Shown here in pieces: positions 47,431 through 59,050 of a stretch of 64,000 bases of DNA. The position numbers were made by a program, and so were the translations under genes. The stretch covers positions 55,076-119,075 of the IMG/VR virus record IMGVR_UViG_3300030380_006811. One strand, written 5' to 3'. The notes beneath the pieces are model-generated. The model saw only the letters and a program-made list of their open reading frames with translations. It searched no databases and had not been told where the DNA came from. The first letter of the stretch is position 1. Every line of letters begins with the position of its first letter. Source of the stretch: a virus.

Positions 47431-48582
47431 ATGGCAATATATAAAATTTTCCCACTTCAAGATACAACATTATATTCAGGATATCCTGATATGAATACTG
47501 GAATAGATGCTATTTTAGAAATATCTAATTCTTATCCTTCTACTGTAGCTAATCCTATAGTAGCTAGACCTCTAATACAATTTGATCAATCTCAAATTAA
47601 TAATGTTATAGATACTTTAAATACTGGTTCAACTGCTATTTCTGCTAGTTTAAAAGCATTTATAGCAGATGCAAGTGGGGTAGTAATGCAGTCTGAAATT
47701 TATGCATACCCCGTTTCTGGGTCTTGGAATAATGGTAGTGGAGAATTTTTAGATAATCCTCCTACTATTAATGGTTCAAGTTGGGTATTTAGAGCAAATA
47801 GTGGATCAACCCCTTGGCTATTAGATAATTTTACAGAAAATGTAACTGGTTCATATATAGCTGCCTCACCAGGAGGTGGAAATTGGTATACTGCATCTTC
47901 GGATACAAGCTTAAATTTAGAATATTCTCAATCCTTTAATTTAAGAACAGAAAAGGATATAAATATGGATGTAACTGATATTGTAAAAACTTGGTACTCA
48001 AGTTCAAATTCAATAGGTGGTACTTATACTTCTATAGAAAATAATGGGTTTATTTTAAAGTGGGAAGATGAGGTTGAATTTAGTACAAACTTATCAATCC
48101 AACCTAAAATGCAATTCTACTCTATTGATACTAATACTATTTATCCCCCACAATTAGAAATTAAATGGAGGGATTTTGATTATACTTCATCAGGGCTTCA
48201 AATTATTGACACACCAGATTTATATCTTGCTATTGATAATAACCCCGGAGTGTTTTATAGTGAAAGTATTAATCAATTTAGAATAAATTGTAGACCAGAA
48301 TTTCCAGTTAGAAGATTTTTAACATCTTCAGTGTACACTACAAACCATGCCTTACCATCAGAATCGTATTATGCTATAAAAGATTTAGATACAAATGAGT
48401 TTGTTATTGATTTTGATAGTGAATTTACCCAAATTAGTTGTGATACAACTGGAAGTTATTTTACAATTTATATGAATGGTTTGGAACCAGAAAGATATTA
48501 TGAAATATTAGTTCAAACTACTGTAGATGGTAATACTATAGTAAAAGATGATCAATATTATTTTAAAGTTGTTAATGGTTAA
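47431..48582 (+). CDS. Baseplate/tail structural protein
   Basis: DTTLYS...NTGIDAILEI, NNGFILK, FYSIDT; within baseplate operon. Confidence 0.6.
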   Translation: MAIYKIFPLQDTTLYSGYPDMNTGIDAILEISNSYPSTVANPIVARPLIQFDQSQINNVIDTLNTGSTAISASLKAFIADASGVVMQSEIYAYPVSGSWNNGSGEFLDNPPTINGSSWVFRANSGSTPWLLDNFTENVTGSYIAASPGGGNWYTASSDTSLNLEYSQSFNLRTEKDINMDVTDIVKTWYSSSNSIGGTYTSIENNGFILKWEDEVEFSTNLSIQPKMQFYSIDTNTIYPPQLEIKWRDFDYTSSGLQIIDTPDLYLAIDNNPGVFYSESINQFRINCRPEFPVRRFLTSSVYTTNHALPSESYYAIKDLDTNEFVIDFDSEFTQISCDTTGSYFTIYMNGLEPERYYEILVQTTVDGNTIVKDDQYYFKVVNG

Positions 48583-48584
48583 TT

Positions 48585-49052
48585 ATGTCGCAAACAAGAA
48601 ATGTTGATTTACAAAAAGAGACTTTTAATAAAGCTCAATATGAACAAGTAATTGATACCACTTTTTCACAATTAGGGGTACCATCAATTAGTGCAAGTGC
48701 TGAGAATCAAATAAGTATTGAAGAATTCTTTGGATATTACAATGAGCTTTTTTATGATATACCCCCAACTGGTGAATCTAATTCACATGAATTTTTGGTT
48801 AAAAGTAGTGGGGAATATATTAATTTTGATCAAATAGCAGAAGAAATTATAGCATTACAGAACGAAATAACAGGATTAAGAGAAGAATTACTAGCAGAAC
48901 AAATTAAAGTAGTAGAATTAGAATCTGGAATAACATTAGATACAGGGTCATTGAATTTAGGAAACGATACAAGCATTCCTTCTTCGGGTGGAGGAAATGC
49001 AATGATATCCACTTCTAATAGTTCATCTCCTGTATCATCTAATTCCTATTAA
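48585..49052 (+). CDS. Structural-operon hypothetical protein
   Basis: Coiled coil plus Ser-rich tail. Confidence 0.6.
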   Translation: MSQTRNVDLQKETFNKAQYEQVIDTTFSQLGVPSISASAENQISIEEFFGYYNELFYDIPPTGESNSHEFLVKSSGEYINFDQIAEEIIALQNEITGLREELLAEQIKVVELESGITLDTGSLNLGNDTSIPSSGGGNAMISTSNSSSPVSSNSY

Positions 49053-49063
49053 TATAAGCATAA

Positions 49064-52000
49064 ATGGAAGAAAAAATTATAATCCAACCAGTATCTCCAG
49101 ATACTTTTGAATTTCAAGATTACTCTAATAGTGATCAAGATTTGCTGGTTACCAACCAATTAGATACTGTATTCTCGGGATCTACAGATTATATTGAAGC
49201 TTACATCTACGATGCTAATAAAAGTCAAATAACTAGTGCTATTCCCTTTACAAATTATAAAGTTGTAGAAGGAAATGTTGTAATTAGTCCATCAAACGAT
49301 TTAGAAAGATTAGGATTTGATCAGGGAGAATATTTTATCTCTTATGAATTTTACAAACCTAGATTAGGATCTACTTTAAACACTAGATATTATATTAGTG
49401 AAATTAGTTCTGATAGAACAGAAATTAGACTAGATACTACACAAATTGATAATGCTTTAGTAATAAGTTCAAGTTTAGAGTTTATTCAATATAGAGATGA
49501 AGCTAATTATTTTGTAGATTTTTATCTTAATTTTGGTGATAATCAACAAATTATAGCTAATAATCTAGAAATAGATACGACGGATGAAAATAACCCTACA
49601 TTATTAATTAAATTATATGATCCTCTTCCTAGTGAATTTGATCTAAAAGCACAATGTTCTGTAGTTGAAGAAATCTCTACTCCACAATCATATAATGTAG
49701 TTTTTCCACCATTAAATTTTAGTGCAGATGACTTTAATTATATATCAGGTCCAAATTATAATTTATCAGTTACAAATCAATCTGGCACTCCAGGATTAGA
49801 TTATTCCTATAATACTTTATTATCTTCTGATATAACAAGTTCTACAACTCAAATTAAAAGTTTATTAAATAAAAAAGAAATAGAAATTAGTGTTAATTAT
49901 GAAGATTATAATGATTTTATATATTTTTCTTCTGCATTTACTAGACTTCAAAACTTTTATTATAAAGTAGGACTAATTCAATCTGCTAGTGCCCAATTAG
50001 GAACTTTAACATCAGCAACAACTGGTTCAGTAGTTTATAGTGCTAGTCAAGCATCTTTAACAAATATAATTGATACTACTATTGAAAATTTTGATGGATA
50101 TGAATATTTTTTATATTTTAATAGTGGTTCAGATCAATCATACCCTAAATCAAATACTGAACCTCCATTTATTTTATATCCAACAGGAAGTACAGAAGTC
50201 TTAAATTGGCTAGGATCTACTGTTATTGGTAATGCATATTATGGTGGTCAGGCTCTATCAGCTTCTAACTATGATGAAAATAACCAAAATTCTTTATATT
50301 ATGCTATCCCCGAATATTTGAGAAGTGACCCTCAAAATGTTAAATATGAATTATTTGTTGATATGGTGGGCCAACATTATGATAATGTATGGCTTTATAC
50401 TAAAAATATTACAACTAGATTTGACGCGGATAATCGTTTAGATTATGGTATAGCAAAGGATATGGTCGCAGATGCTATTAGAGATTTTGGTGTAAAATTA
50501 TATTCTAATAACTTTAATACAGATGACTTATATACATCCTTTTTAGGATTAACACCATCAGGTAGTTCTTTCCCATTCCCAAATATGACAGGATCTATTG
50601 GTGGAGTAGTTAATACACCTTCCGGGTTTGAGTATGTAGATTCAACAATATCAGCTTCAAATGATATAATCCCATTGGATGATGTAAATAAACGTTTATA
50701 TAAACGAATTTACCATAATATACCATATTTACTTAAAACTAAAGGTACAATAGCTGGTCTAAGGGCATTAATAACATCATATGGTATCCCTGATACTATT
50801 TTAAGAATAAATGAATTTGGAGGTAAAGATAGAAATAACTCTCAAGATTGGGATTTAAAGCAGGATTTTTATAATTTAGGCTTAAACACAACTAGTTCAG
50901 GATTTACATCTTCTTTCTCTCTTAATACAGATTGGGGAGCTAATGAAAATTCACCCTCAAGCATTCAATTTAGATTTAAAACAAATGGTATCCCCTCATC
51001 ATCTAATACTCCAACAACCCAATCCATTTTTGAATCTAATTTAAATGTTGGAAGTGGTGGTCCATTAAGTAGAATTGCAATGGGACTTGATTATGACGAA
51101 TCATTGTTAACTACAGGTACATATTCGGGATCAGTTGAAAGTAAATTTAAAGAATACGGTACTTTAAAATTTTGGCCTAACATAAATACAAACCCTGAAA
51201 ATTCGGCATCATTATATCTTCCATTTTGGGATGGTAATTGGTGGTCAGTTCAGGTAGATAGAGATATTAATGTAGGAAATGATGGTGGTTTTACTTTAAG
51301 AGCTGCTAATAATATTGGAGAAAACTTAGGTTTTACTGGTAGTGATACTATTGAAGGTAACGTTACATTATGGGAAAATTCTACTGAAATATATTGGTTA
51401 CCTCAAAATTTCTCTACATTTGCAGGAATTAATTATTTTGCCCTATCTGGTTCATTACAAGAAGTAAGATATTATACAGATGTAATAAGTGAAAGTGTAT
51501 TTTATGATTACACAATGAACCCTTATTCATTTGAGGGTAATCAAATTAATAGTGCACCCGACCAATTAGCATTTAGGCTTTCTTTAGGAAGCTTATTAAA
51601 CACAGGATCTTTTAATAATTCAATTCATCCTAAAGTAACAGGTTCTTTTATAACAACCTCATCATTTAGTACCAATAGTTCTGCATCTTTTAATGCAACA
51701 CCAACATGGTTAAACAATACAGAAGATATATACTCAGACCAAACCCCATCTGGGATAAGGAATAGAGTAACAGATAAAATTCAAATAGAAAATTTAATAC
51801 TCCCAGAAGGAGATACCTTATCTGGATTTAGATCTATACAACAAACTTCTTATGTAAGTGAAAGCTTTACTCCTGATGTTAATTATTTAGAAGTAGCATA
51901 TTCACCTCAAAATCAAATTAATGATGATATTATAGGACAATTAGGATATTTTAATATTGGAGATTATATTGGGGATCCAAGACTTATATCATCATCGGAT

Positions 52001-55000
52001 AAAAGTTACCCTGATTTAGATTTATTAAGAGATGCTTATTTTGAAAAGTATATAACTAATTATGATGTAACTGATTTTATTAGATTAATTAAATTCTTTG
52101 ATAATTCATTATTTAAAATGATAGAAGATTTTACTCCAGCAAGAACTAGTTTATCATCTGGGGTAGTTATTAAACAACATTTATTAGAAAGAAACAGACA
52201 AAGACCAGCTCAGGTTACTTCTTCTTTAGAACAATATTCTGGATCAGTTAGTAATTTACCAAAAGATTATTCAACTGGTTCTAGTGATTTCCCACAGTAT
52301 GATTTTAGTGGTTCATCAATTTATGTTTTTAAAGCCGGCACTGGTGGATCGTTTGAACCATTTAATGGGTTACAAACATACCCCTCTGGTACTTTAGGTG
52401 ATGGTCCTGATAATAGATATTTTTTAACACAAAGTTGGAGTGAATCTATTTCAACATTTGATGGTATAGCACCCTTACCAAGGGTTGACCAAAGAGAATT
52501 TTACAATGGAGAATTTAGTGGATCAAATATACCAGTAGAACTTGAGGATATATGCAGCGCTTATTTCAAAGTAGGGAATACAGTATACACTTATGTTCCT
52601 GTTTTTTGGAGTGCAGATGGTAATAATAATACTCAAACAATAACGGAGCAAGCTTTCTTAGATCCAACAAATCAACCCCCAGCTAAATATGCTTGGTTTT
52701 GGAATGATGGTTCTAATGTATTATATATTAAAATGTCCCTCGAAAGTTATAATGGGGTCATAATATCCAGTTTTATACAAACTGTAGAGTGGATTATATT
52801 TGCATTTACAAATCCTATAGATGCTAATGGTGCTATTTTACAAGGAACCCAAACTTATTATTTAGAAGATGTAGCCCTTCAACCTGAAACTGCAGCATCA
52901 AACCCAGAAAGCGTTGGGTCTGCCTTATGTTACACAATACCAGGTGAATCTTCAACAGCAGTAAGTTCAGCTGATGCTTCTTTTTATGATTTTAACTTCT
53001 CAGCAAGTGGGGATTATCAATGGCATGCAACACAAGATACATCTGCAGATCCAAATCCTGTATTAGACACAGGTATATCAGCATCAGTACCACAAGGTTA
53101 TTTTCCATTAACATCTACTTATCCTACTGAGTCCTTCTTTAGTGGGTGGGCCTCATCTAATTTTTATACTAATGGTACTTATAATGCCTTTAGTGGGATA
53201 TTAAGTGATCCATTAAATAATTTTAACACTGGATCTCACGAAGTAGATAATACAGATACTACATTGGTATCAGGAATTGACCCTCAAAGTAACCATCCAT
53301 GGTTTATGAATGCATCTCCAGAGGGAGAAAACCAAAGTTGGATAAAAATACCATCAGAATCATTTTTAGATTATGCAAATATACCAGATTCATCAGTAGG
53401 TCCTGTTGCTACAAATAATTATTTTAATATAGCATGGACAAGTGCAAGTTCAGTAGAACCACAAGCGGTTCAAGGAGTTAATTACTATTATAATGCCAGT
53501 AATAATGCTATCTATATGTCTGGTTCAGAATTTCAAAATGAATTAAAATTTCTAAACCCTTTATATTCTAGTAGTTTAGTACATAAAATTAGTGGAACTG
53601 ATCAACTTGGAACATCTGGAACATCTTATACTCCCCCAGGACAAAGTAACTTATCTATTCCAATAGACCCATCAAGAGGTCAAGAATTATGGGTTTATAG
53701 AGGTGAATCAAGTGCTAATGTTGCAGATTCAAACACTTATAGATATAATAGATATATTCATAGACCTTTTAAAATATACTACTTAACAGAAACAGGATCG
53801 GGTATACCAGGAATACCCTACAATTTATATGATCCAATGACATATGAAGGGATAGATAGTTCAACAGCAGGTTTACAATCAATTGATGCAGTTGTCCCTC
53901 CTTATTATGATAACCAAAATGTTTCCTTTGCCACAATGTTAGGAACACAAGGTGACATATCATTTAATGCTCCAACTTACGCACGACCCTTAAATGATAC
54001 CGCAACATTACCTTCACTAGGAGCAGTTTCTGGTAGTTTTGAAATATTTAATGAAGCTAGACAAGTTAGACCTTTTATATTTACTACATATAGAAATAAC
54101 CCATCAACATCAGGTCCTAATCCAGCAAGAGGTAGTGGCTCATTTGTAGCAATTTCCCAATCAGATGGTACTCCATTCGCTTTATTAAGAATGTACCAAA
54201 ACCAAACTCCAAACTTACCATCAGCTACAACAACACCATTTCTTGTAACATGTAATAATACTCAAGGAGCTCCTTTTTGTGCTGTCATTTATTATGGTTT
54301 GAATGATGAGGTAACCACACAATTATTAAATGCTGGGCAAAGTGCAGTTATTTGTGGAGATAGTTCTAGAACTTCTAATTCAAATAGTCCAAATTATGTT
54401 CTTACACCCTCTAGTATTGGAACCATAGCAGTATCAACAAATTTAAATGGCAACGCAGACCCATGTATAAACTTAGACCCAAGTGGAGGTGGAGGTATAG
54501 GTGGGAATCAAAATAGTTCAGTTGGGAAAAATCAAATTCCTTATTTTTATACCTTTAATGCATCAGGTCCTAGTGTTGGAAATCAAGCACTTCAAGAATA
54601 TCAAATACCATATGGAGAATTTTTTAATGGAGAAAATACATCTTCACTTAGTTTAACAACAGGAACACAACCTGGGGGCGGGGATGATGATACAGAAATA
54701 GTATTCCCAGAAGGAGGTTATATCTTTACAATGAGTGCCTTTGATGATACAACTTTTACAAATGGTAGAACTGAATTTGGGTTATGGACTACTTATGGTG
54801 ATTATGTTAGATATGATTTTGATAACCAAGCAGGATCAAATGCCAACCCAGTTACAATAGATTATATAGATAATCAGTATCAAAATACTTCTGTTGATGT
54901 TTATAATGTTGCACTTGAAGAATTTGATAAATCCTCAAATGTTGGAAGTGCTAATAATTCTAACACAGGTACGGGTAATACTGATTCTATATCCTATCCA

Positions 55001-58000
55001 AAAATATTTGTTAATGAAGAAGGTGGTAGTGCTTCATCTGGATTAGGATATATTAGATTTAATGTAGTAGCAGGAGGTGAATTAAATATTAATGTATCTA
55101 AAAATAAAAATGCATTTGTTACTGTTAAAATATTTGTAGGGGATGATCAAACAGCCACAGGCAGTACACCCTCAGGTATGACTCAAATTGCTGAATTACC
55201 ATCATCTTTTACAGTCTCTACTACAGGACCAACTAATTTTACCTCTACAGTAACTAACACACAACAAGTGATGGTTCTAGTATCAACAAATCAAGATGTT
55301 GATAACTGGGGTCAAATAAATGCTTTATTTATTAATCTACCTTCTCCTTCAGTAATAGCTAATATGGGGTCTCCTGAAGCACAACCATCATTTACAGATC
55401 CTTTTGTTATAACGGGATCAATATCAGAAAAATATGCTAATGGGGTAGAGGTACCTGGGTCATTTGCTACTAAAGTAACAGAAGCTTATATTCTTTATAC
55501 ATCTTCATTATCTTCAAGTTTAGCTGGGGCTTATGTATTTGATGTAACTCCAACATTTGGTATATTACATGTCACAGCTTCAGTAGTAGTTAGTTCATTT
55601 ACAGATACACAAGCAGCCCTTTATGGAAATGCAATTTATGGTTCATCGGAATACGGAGGAGGAAACTCAGGAGGAGGTACTACTTGGACAACAGCTTCAC
55701 TAATATTATATACAGGCTCTGCTAATAATTTCCCTAACGAAATGCCTCAAATAGGTGGTGATATTTTTGCTATAACAAGTTCTCATAGTACAACTCATAA
55801 TACAGGTGAAAGAATAACATTAATGACTACAATTTCACCGGGAGAATTAGCATACAATGATGTAATAAAAATGGCTCTAAGAGTAGGAAGTGGTTCGGAT
55901 GCCTCCTCAGTAGTACAAAATTCATTAATTGTAACAGAATATAGTATGAGTTTTTCTTCATCGATAGATGCATCTGTAGACCCATCTATACCAACTATTT
56001 TTAGTGATGATCAAAACTTTAACTATGCATATGATTGTCAACCTTTATTAAATAACTATAGTGCTGCAAGAATTAATAATAGATTACAAAATGTAGATTA
56101 TACAACGGGGTTAGTAATTCCAACTAACTGGCAACAAGTTATAGATTTTTCAGCATCAAGAGCATCAGTTCCAGAATCTAATTATAGTAAAACTAATATA
56201 ATTAATGGTAGATATGATGGTTCTAATATTACATCTCAAAAATATAATATTTGGACACCTGGTGATGCTGGTGGATTTGGTAAGTTACCATCTATTGATG
56301 TAAATAAGACACATTTAGCTTATTTTAACACTGTATATGATGGTTATCCATTATTAAATAATAAAACTTTATATAATGTTCAATATCTAATAGACCAGGA
56401 GGGCCAAGCAACCCAACCAAAACTATCGGATATAACCTTCTTTGACGTTCAAGGTACATTTGAACCTTTACCAGAATGGAATGGGGATGAATTTGAGTAT
56501 GTAAATAATGCCATTATATCATTAGCGGGTGATGCTAAAGAACAACTATTCCCACTTCAGGGAGAGTTTCCATTTTATAAAACACAAGCAAGACCAGAAC
56601 CTGTTTTATATTCTCAAAAATCAGGTATTTTCCCAGTCAATAAAAATGCTACTGAACCACAAGGTATAGAATTAGTAGGTAATCAACCTATTGATGCTAA
56701 TATTGTACCTAATTTTAATAATTATACTTTTGAAGCTTTTGGTGAAACAGAAATATTTACCTCAACTAGAAATATTAATTCAACAACTCAAATCTTAGAA
56801 TCTAAAACACCAGTTCAGGATGGTGATGGACTTCCAGTTGGTGGACAAAATAATATTACAGCCTCGGCAGCAAACACAGGAACTTCTTTACCTATATATC
56901 AAAATGATAAAAATGTTGATGAAGCTGGATTTACAACAATACCAATCTTAGATGGAGGAAGTGGATTTGCCGTAGACAATACACAAGGTTTAGGTAATAA
57001 TACATCTCAGGCATATGATTTAGACTTTGAATTTTTTGTAGATTCGGACCCAACAGATACTAGGTTAAGAACAAGAGATCATGAAGGTGGCTGGAAAGGA
57101 CATAGTCCCATTGATAGTCCTTTGATTGGAGAATTTGAACTAAGATTCCAAAGAAGGAATTTTAATGCTAGTACTGATGCAGAAGTAGGTTGGGGTTCAC
57201 AAGCAATTAAAGGTGTAAAGGTAGAAATAATTGAATATTTTAGTTCAACTAACGCAGCAGGAACAAATTTCTTAGTTATAGATTATAATAGTGTAGGAGC
57301 CTCTTATATATCTACACAACAAAGTAATGGTCTTGTTCAAGTAAATTTCCACACTGATACAATTCGAGATGCTTATCAAAATGCAGGATATGCAAGTCCA
57401 ATAAAACAAAGACTTAAAATATCAGGAAAACATTCAACTACCTCTACAGGTTTTGGTGGGGGAAATAGACCTATAAGACAGGGTGACCAGTTTAGAGTAA
57501 GATATAATGGTAATATAATTACCAATACAAGTGGAAATGGCCCAGTATTTTTCCCACAAGGAATTCAATCATTTACAGGAGGTAGAATATTAATGCAGGG
57601 TCAAAATTCAAACCCTGTTACTGCAGCAACTGCTTCATTTTGGGATTTTTCTGGAAGTGGAACCTCTCAAGCGGGTAATGTATTACATTGTGTAAGTCCC
57701 CAATTAAATAAAGCATATGCTAGAGATTTTGTACAAAAAGATTTAATATATACTGCTAGTTTTAATAAAGACTTCCCAGGTGGTAGAGAACCTTTTTATA
57801 CAACAATGCCCCCTGTTACATTACCTTGGGAATTACAAATAAATGATGAAATTAGATTTGATAATAATGAGGATAATGCTTATAAAATAATAAACATTAT
57901 ACCACCTAGCGAAAATAATGATCCTAATTTAACGAGTAGTGATAATTTAACCCCATCTCTTGTAATAGAATTAGATGGCTCTGTACCTATAAACTTTGGT

Positions 58001-58315
58001 TCTGAGAAAACCAGTACTGGAGGAGGTAGTGGAACTGCTTTAGAATATACTACATCATCAATAACTTTTGAAACAGTTGCATCCTATGTGAAAGTTGATT
58101 TTCCAGAACAATCATTTAGACCAATAGATAATTTTGTTATTCGCAGATATTTGCAAGATGCTGGTGGAATGATTGTAGATCAAAGTTTTCCATATTCATC
58201 AAACCCAGAAAAAATTACATCAGCTGGATTTCTAAAACCTCCATTTACAACCCCAGATTTAGAAACATCACCAGATGTTATATTACAAGACTTAATTGAT
58301 AAAAAACTTATTTAA
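49064..58315 (+). CDS. Giant (3083 aa) baseplate/tail protein, gp7-like core
   Basis: YLLKTKGT..GLRALI..YG (tail protein I/gp7-like motif); S/T/G/N-rich variable C-terminal region. Confidence 0.65.
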   Translation: MEEKIIIQPVSPDTFEFQDYSNSDQDLLVTNQLDTVFSGSTDYIEAYIYDANKSQITSAIPFTNYKVVEGNVVISPSNDLERLGFDQGEYFISYEFYKPRLGSTLNTRYYISEISSDRTEIRLDTTQIDNALVISSSLEFIQYRDEANYFVDFYLNFGDNQQIIANNLEIDTTDENNPTLLIKLYDPLPSEFDLKAQCSVVEEISTPQSYNVVFPPLNFSADDFNYISGPNYNLSVTNQSGTPGLDYSYNTLLSSDITSSTTQIKSLLNKKEIEISVNYEDYNDFIYFSSAFTRLQNFYYKVGLIQSASAQLGTLTSATTGSVVYSASQASLTNIIDTTIENFDGYEYFLYFNSGSDQSYPKSNTEPPFILYPTGSTEVLNWLGSTVIGNAYYGGQALSASNYDENNQNSLYYAIPEYLRSDPQNVKYELFVDMVGQHYDNVWLYTKNITTRFDADNRLDYGIAKDMVADAIRDFGVKLYSNNFNTDDLYTSFLGLTPSGSSFPFPNMTGSIGGVVNTPSGFEYVDSTISASNDIIPLDDVNKRLYKRIYHNIPYLLKTKGTIAGLRALITSYGIPDTILRINEFGGKDRNNSQDWDLKQDFYNLGLNTTSSGFTSSFSLNTDWGANENSPSSIQFRFKTNGIPSSSNTPTTQSIFESNLNVGSGGPLSRIAMGLDYDESLLTTGTYSGSVESKFKEYGTLKFWPNINTNPENSASLYLPFWDGNWWSVQVDRDINVGNDGGFTLRAANNIGENLGFTGSDTIEGNVTLWENSTEIYWLPQNFSTFAGINYFALSGSLQEVRYYTDVISESVFYDYTMNPYSFEGNQINSAPDQLAFRLSLGSLLNTGSFNNSIHPKVTGSFITTSSFSTNSSASFNATPTWLNNTEDIYSDQTPSGIRNRVTDKIQIENLILPEGDTLSGFRSIQQTSYVSESFTPDVNYLEVAYSPQNQINDDIIGQLGYFNIGDYIGDPRLISSSDKSYPDLDLLRDAYFEKYITNYDVTDFIRLIKFFDNSLFKMIEDFTPARTSLSSGVVIKQHLLERNRQRPAQVTSSLEQYSGSVSNLPKDYSTGSSDFPQYDFSGSSIYVFKAGTGGSFEPFNGLQTYPSGTLGDGPDNRYFLTQSWSESISTFDGIAPLPRVDQREFYNGEFSGSNIPVELEDICSAYFKVGNTVYTYVPVFWSADGNNNTQTITEQAFLDPTNQPPAKYAWFWNDGSNVLYIKMSLESYNGVIISSFIQTVEWIIFAFTNPIDANGAILQGTQTYYLEDVALQPETAASNPESVGSALCYTIPGESSTAVSSADASFYDFNFSASGDYQWHATQDTSADPNPVLDTGISASVPQGYFPLTSTYPTESFFSGWASSNFYTNGTYNAFSGILSDPLNNFNTGSHEVDNTDTTLVSGIDPQSNHPWFMNASPEGENQSWIKIPSESFLDYANIPDSSVGPVATNNYFNIAWTSASSVEPQAVQGVNYYYNASNNAIYMSGSEFQNELKFLNPLYSSSLVHKISGTDQLGTSGTSYTPPGQSNLSIPIDPSRGQELWVYRGESSANVADSNTYRYNRYIHRPFKIYYLTETGSGIPGIPYNLYDPMTYEGIDSSTAGLQSIDAVVPPYYDNQNVSFATMLGTQGDISFNAPTYARPLNDTATLPSLGAVSGSFEIFNEARQVRPFIFTTYRNNPSTSGPNPARGSGSFVAISQSDGTPFALLRMYQNQTPNLPSATTTPFLVTCNNTQGAPFCAVIYYGLNDEVTTQLLNAGQSAVICGDSSRTSNSNSPNYVLTPSSIGTIAVSTNLNGNADPCINLDPSGGGGIGGNQNSSVGKNQIPYFYTFNASGPSVGNQALQEYQIPYGEFFNGENTSSLSLTTGTQPGGGDDDTEIVFPEGGYIFTMSAFDDTTFTNGRTEFGLWTTYGDYVRYDFDNQAGSNANPVTIDYIDNQYQNTSVDVYNVALEEFDKSSNVGSANNSNTGTGNTDSISYPKIFVNEEGGSASSGLGYIRFNVVAGGELNINVSKNKNAFVTVKIFVGDDQTATGSTPSGMTQIAELPSSFTVSTTGPTNFTSTVTNTQQVMVLVSTNQDVDNWGQINALFINLPSPSVIANMGSPEAQPSFTDPFVITGSISEKYANGVEVPGSFATKVTEAYILYTSSLSSSLAGAYVFDVTPTFGILHVTASVVVSSFTDTQAALYGNAIYGSSEYGGGNSGGGTTWTTASLILYTGSANNFPNEMPQIGGDIFAITSSHSTTHNTGERITLMTTISPGELAYNDVIKMALRVGSGSDASSVVQNSLIVTEYSMSFSSSIDASVDPSIPTIFSDDQNFNYAYDCQPLLNNYSAARINNRLQNVDYTTGLVIPTNWQQVIDFSASRASVPESNYSKTNIINGRYDGSNITSQKYNIWTPGDAGGFGKLPSIDVNKTHLAYFNTVYDGYPLLNNKTLYNVQYLIDQEGQATQPKLSDITFFDVQGTFEPLPEWNGDEFEYVNNAIISLAGDAKEQLFPLQGEFPFYKTQARPEPVLYSQKSGIFPVNKNATEPQGIELVGNQPIDANIVPNFNNYTFEAFGETEIFTSTRNINSTTQILESKTPVQDGDGLPVGGQNNITASAANTGTSLPIYQNDKNVDEAGFTTIPILDGGSGFAVDNTQGLGNNTSQAYDLDFEFFVDSDPTDTRLRTRDHEGGWKGHSPIDSPLIGEFELRFQRRNFNASTDAEVGWGSQAIKGVKVEIIEYFSSTNAAGTNFLVIDYNSVGASYISTQQSNGLVQVNFHTDTIRDAYQNAGYASPIKQRLKISGKHSTTSTGFGGGNRPIRQGDQFRVRYNGNIITNTSGNGPVFFPQGIQSFTGGRILMQGQNSNPVTAATASFWDFSGSGTSQAGNVLHCVSPQLNKAYARDFVQKDLIYTASFNKDFPGGREPFYTTMPPVTLPWELQINDEIRFDNNEDNAYKIINIIPPSENNDPNLTSSDNLTPSLVIELDGSVPINFGSEKTSTGGGSGTALEYTTSSITFETVASYVKVDFPEQSFRPIDNFVIRRYLQDAGGMIVDQSFPYSSNPEKITSAGFLKPPFTTPDLETSPDVILQDLIDKKLI

Positions 58316-58332
58316 TAAAATAATAATTTAAT

Positions 58333-58360
58333 ATATTTATAACATATAACAATATTTATA
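58333..58360 (+). promoter_or_regulatory. Tandem putative late promoters
   Basis: ATATTTATAA at 58333 and ATATTTATA at 58352. Confidence 0.7.
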
Positions 58361-58373
58361 TAAAAATAAAACA

Positions 58374-59039
58374 ATGGGATACTTAAATAACGCAGTAATT
58401 ACAGTTGATGCAATTTTAACTACTAAAGGTAGAGAAGCATTAGCTGCTAATGATGGTTCATTTCAAATTACCCAATTTGCATTAGCTGATGATGAAATAG
58501 ATTATACATTATATAATCCATCCCACCCATCTGGTTCTGCATATTATGGTGAAGCAATTGTAAATCAACCATTACTAGAGGCTTTTCCTTTAGAAAGCCA
58601 AATAATGAAATATAAGTTAACTACTCTACCTAGAGGTACAGCTAAAATGCCAGTATTAAATCTTGGATATGCTGCAATTACACTTCAACAAGGAGCACAG
58701 TTAGCAATCACACCACAAACCTTAAATTACTTAGGTAATGACCAAACATTTGAAACTAGTGGTTATACTGCTACAATTGCTGATGTAAGAACACTATCTA
58801 GCTTTGAAGGAATTGGTATTCAAAGTACAGCTACAACAACAGCTAATGCAACTGCAACCCAAACAATTGGAACTAATGTATCTTCAACAGTAACAGGAAC
58901 TCAAATAAACTTAAGAGCAACTACAGTTAATACTTTATTTGGAAGTAATTCAACTTTAGTAACAACTTTAACTGTAACGGGATTAGATAGTGGAGCTAGA
59001 TTAACAGTTCCTGTAACCATAACAAAAACTGCTATATAA
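58374..59039 (+). CDS. Baseplate/tail-fibre attachment protein
   Basis: AILTTKGREALA...ITQFALAD; double late-type motif upstream. Confidence 0.6.
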   Translation: MGYLNNAVITVDAILTTKGREALAANDGSFQITQFALADDEIDYTLYNPSHPSGSAYYGEAIVNQPLLEAFPLESQIMKYKLTTLPRGTAKMPVLNLGYAAITLQQGAQLAITPQTLNYLGNDQTFETSGYTATIADVRTLSSFEGIGIQSTATTTANATATQTIGTNVSSTVTGTQINLRATTVNTLFGSNSTLVTTLTVTGLDSGARLTVPVTITKTAI

Positions 59040-59050
59040 AAAAATAAAAA

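Noticed and set aside
1738-53963. Short minus-strand ORFs nested within + genes (e.g. 2436, 4618, 11315, 13645, 20922, 30937, 41649, 53769)
   Set aside because: Fully overlap well-supported genes, have no promoter motif; expected antisense frames
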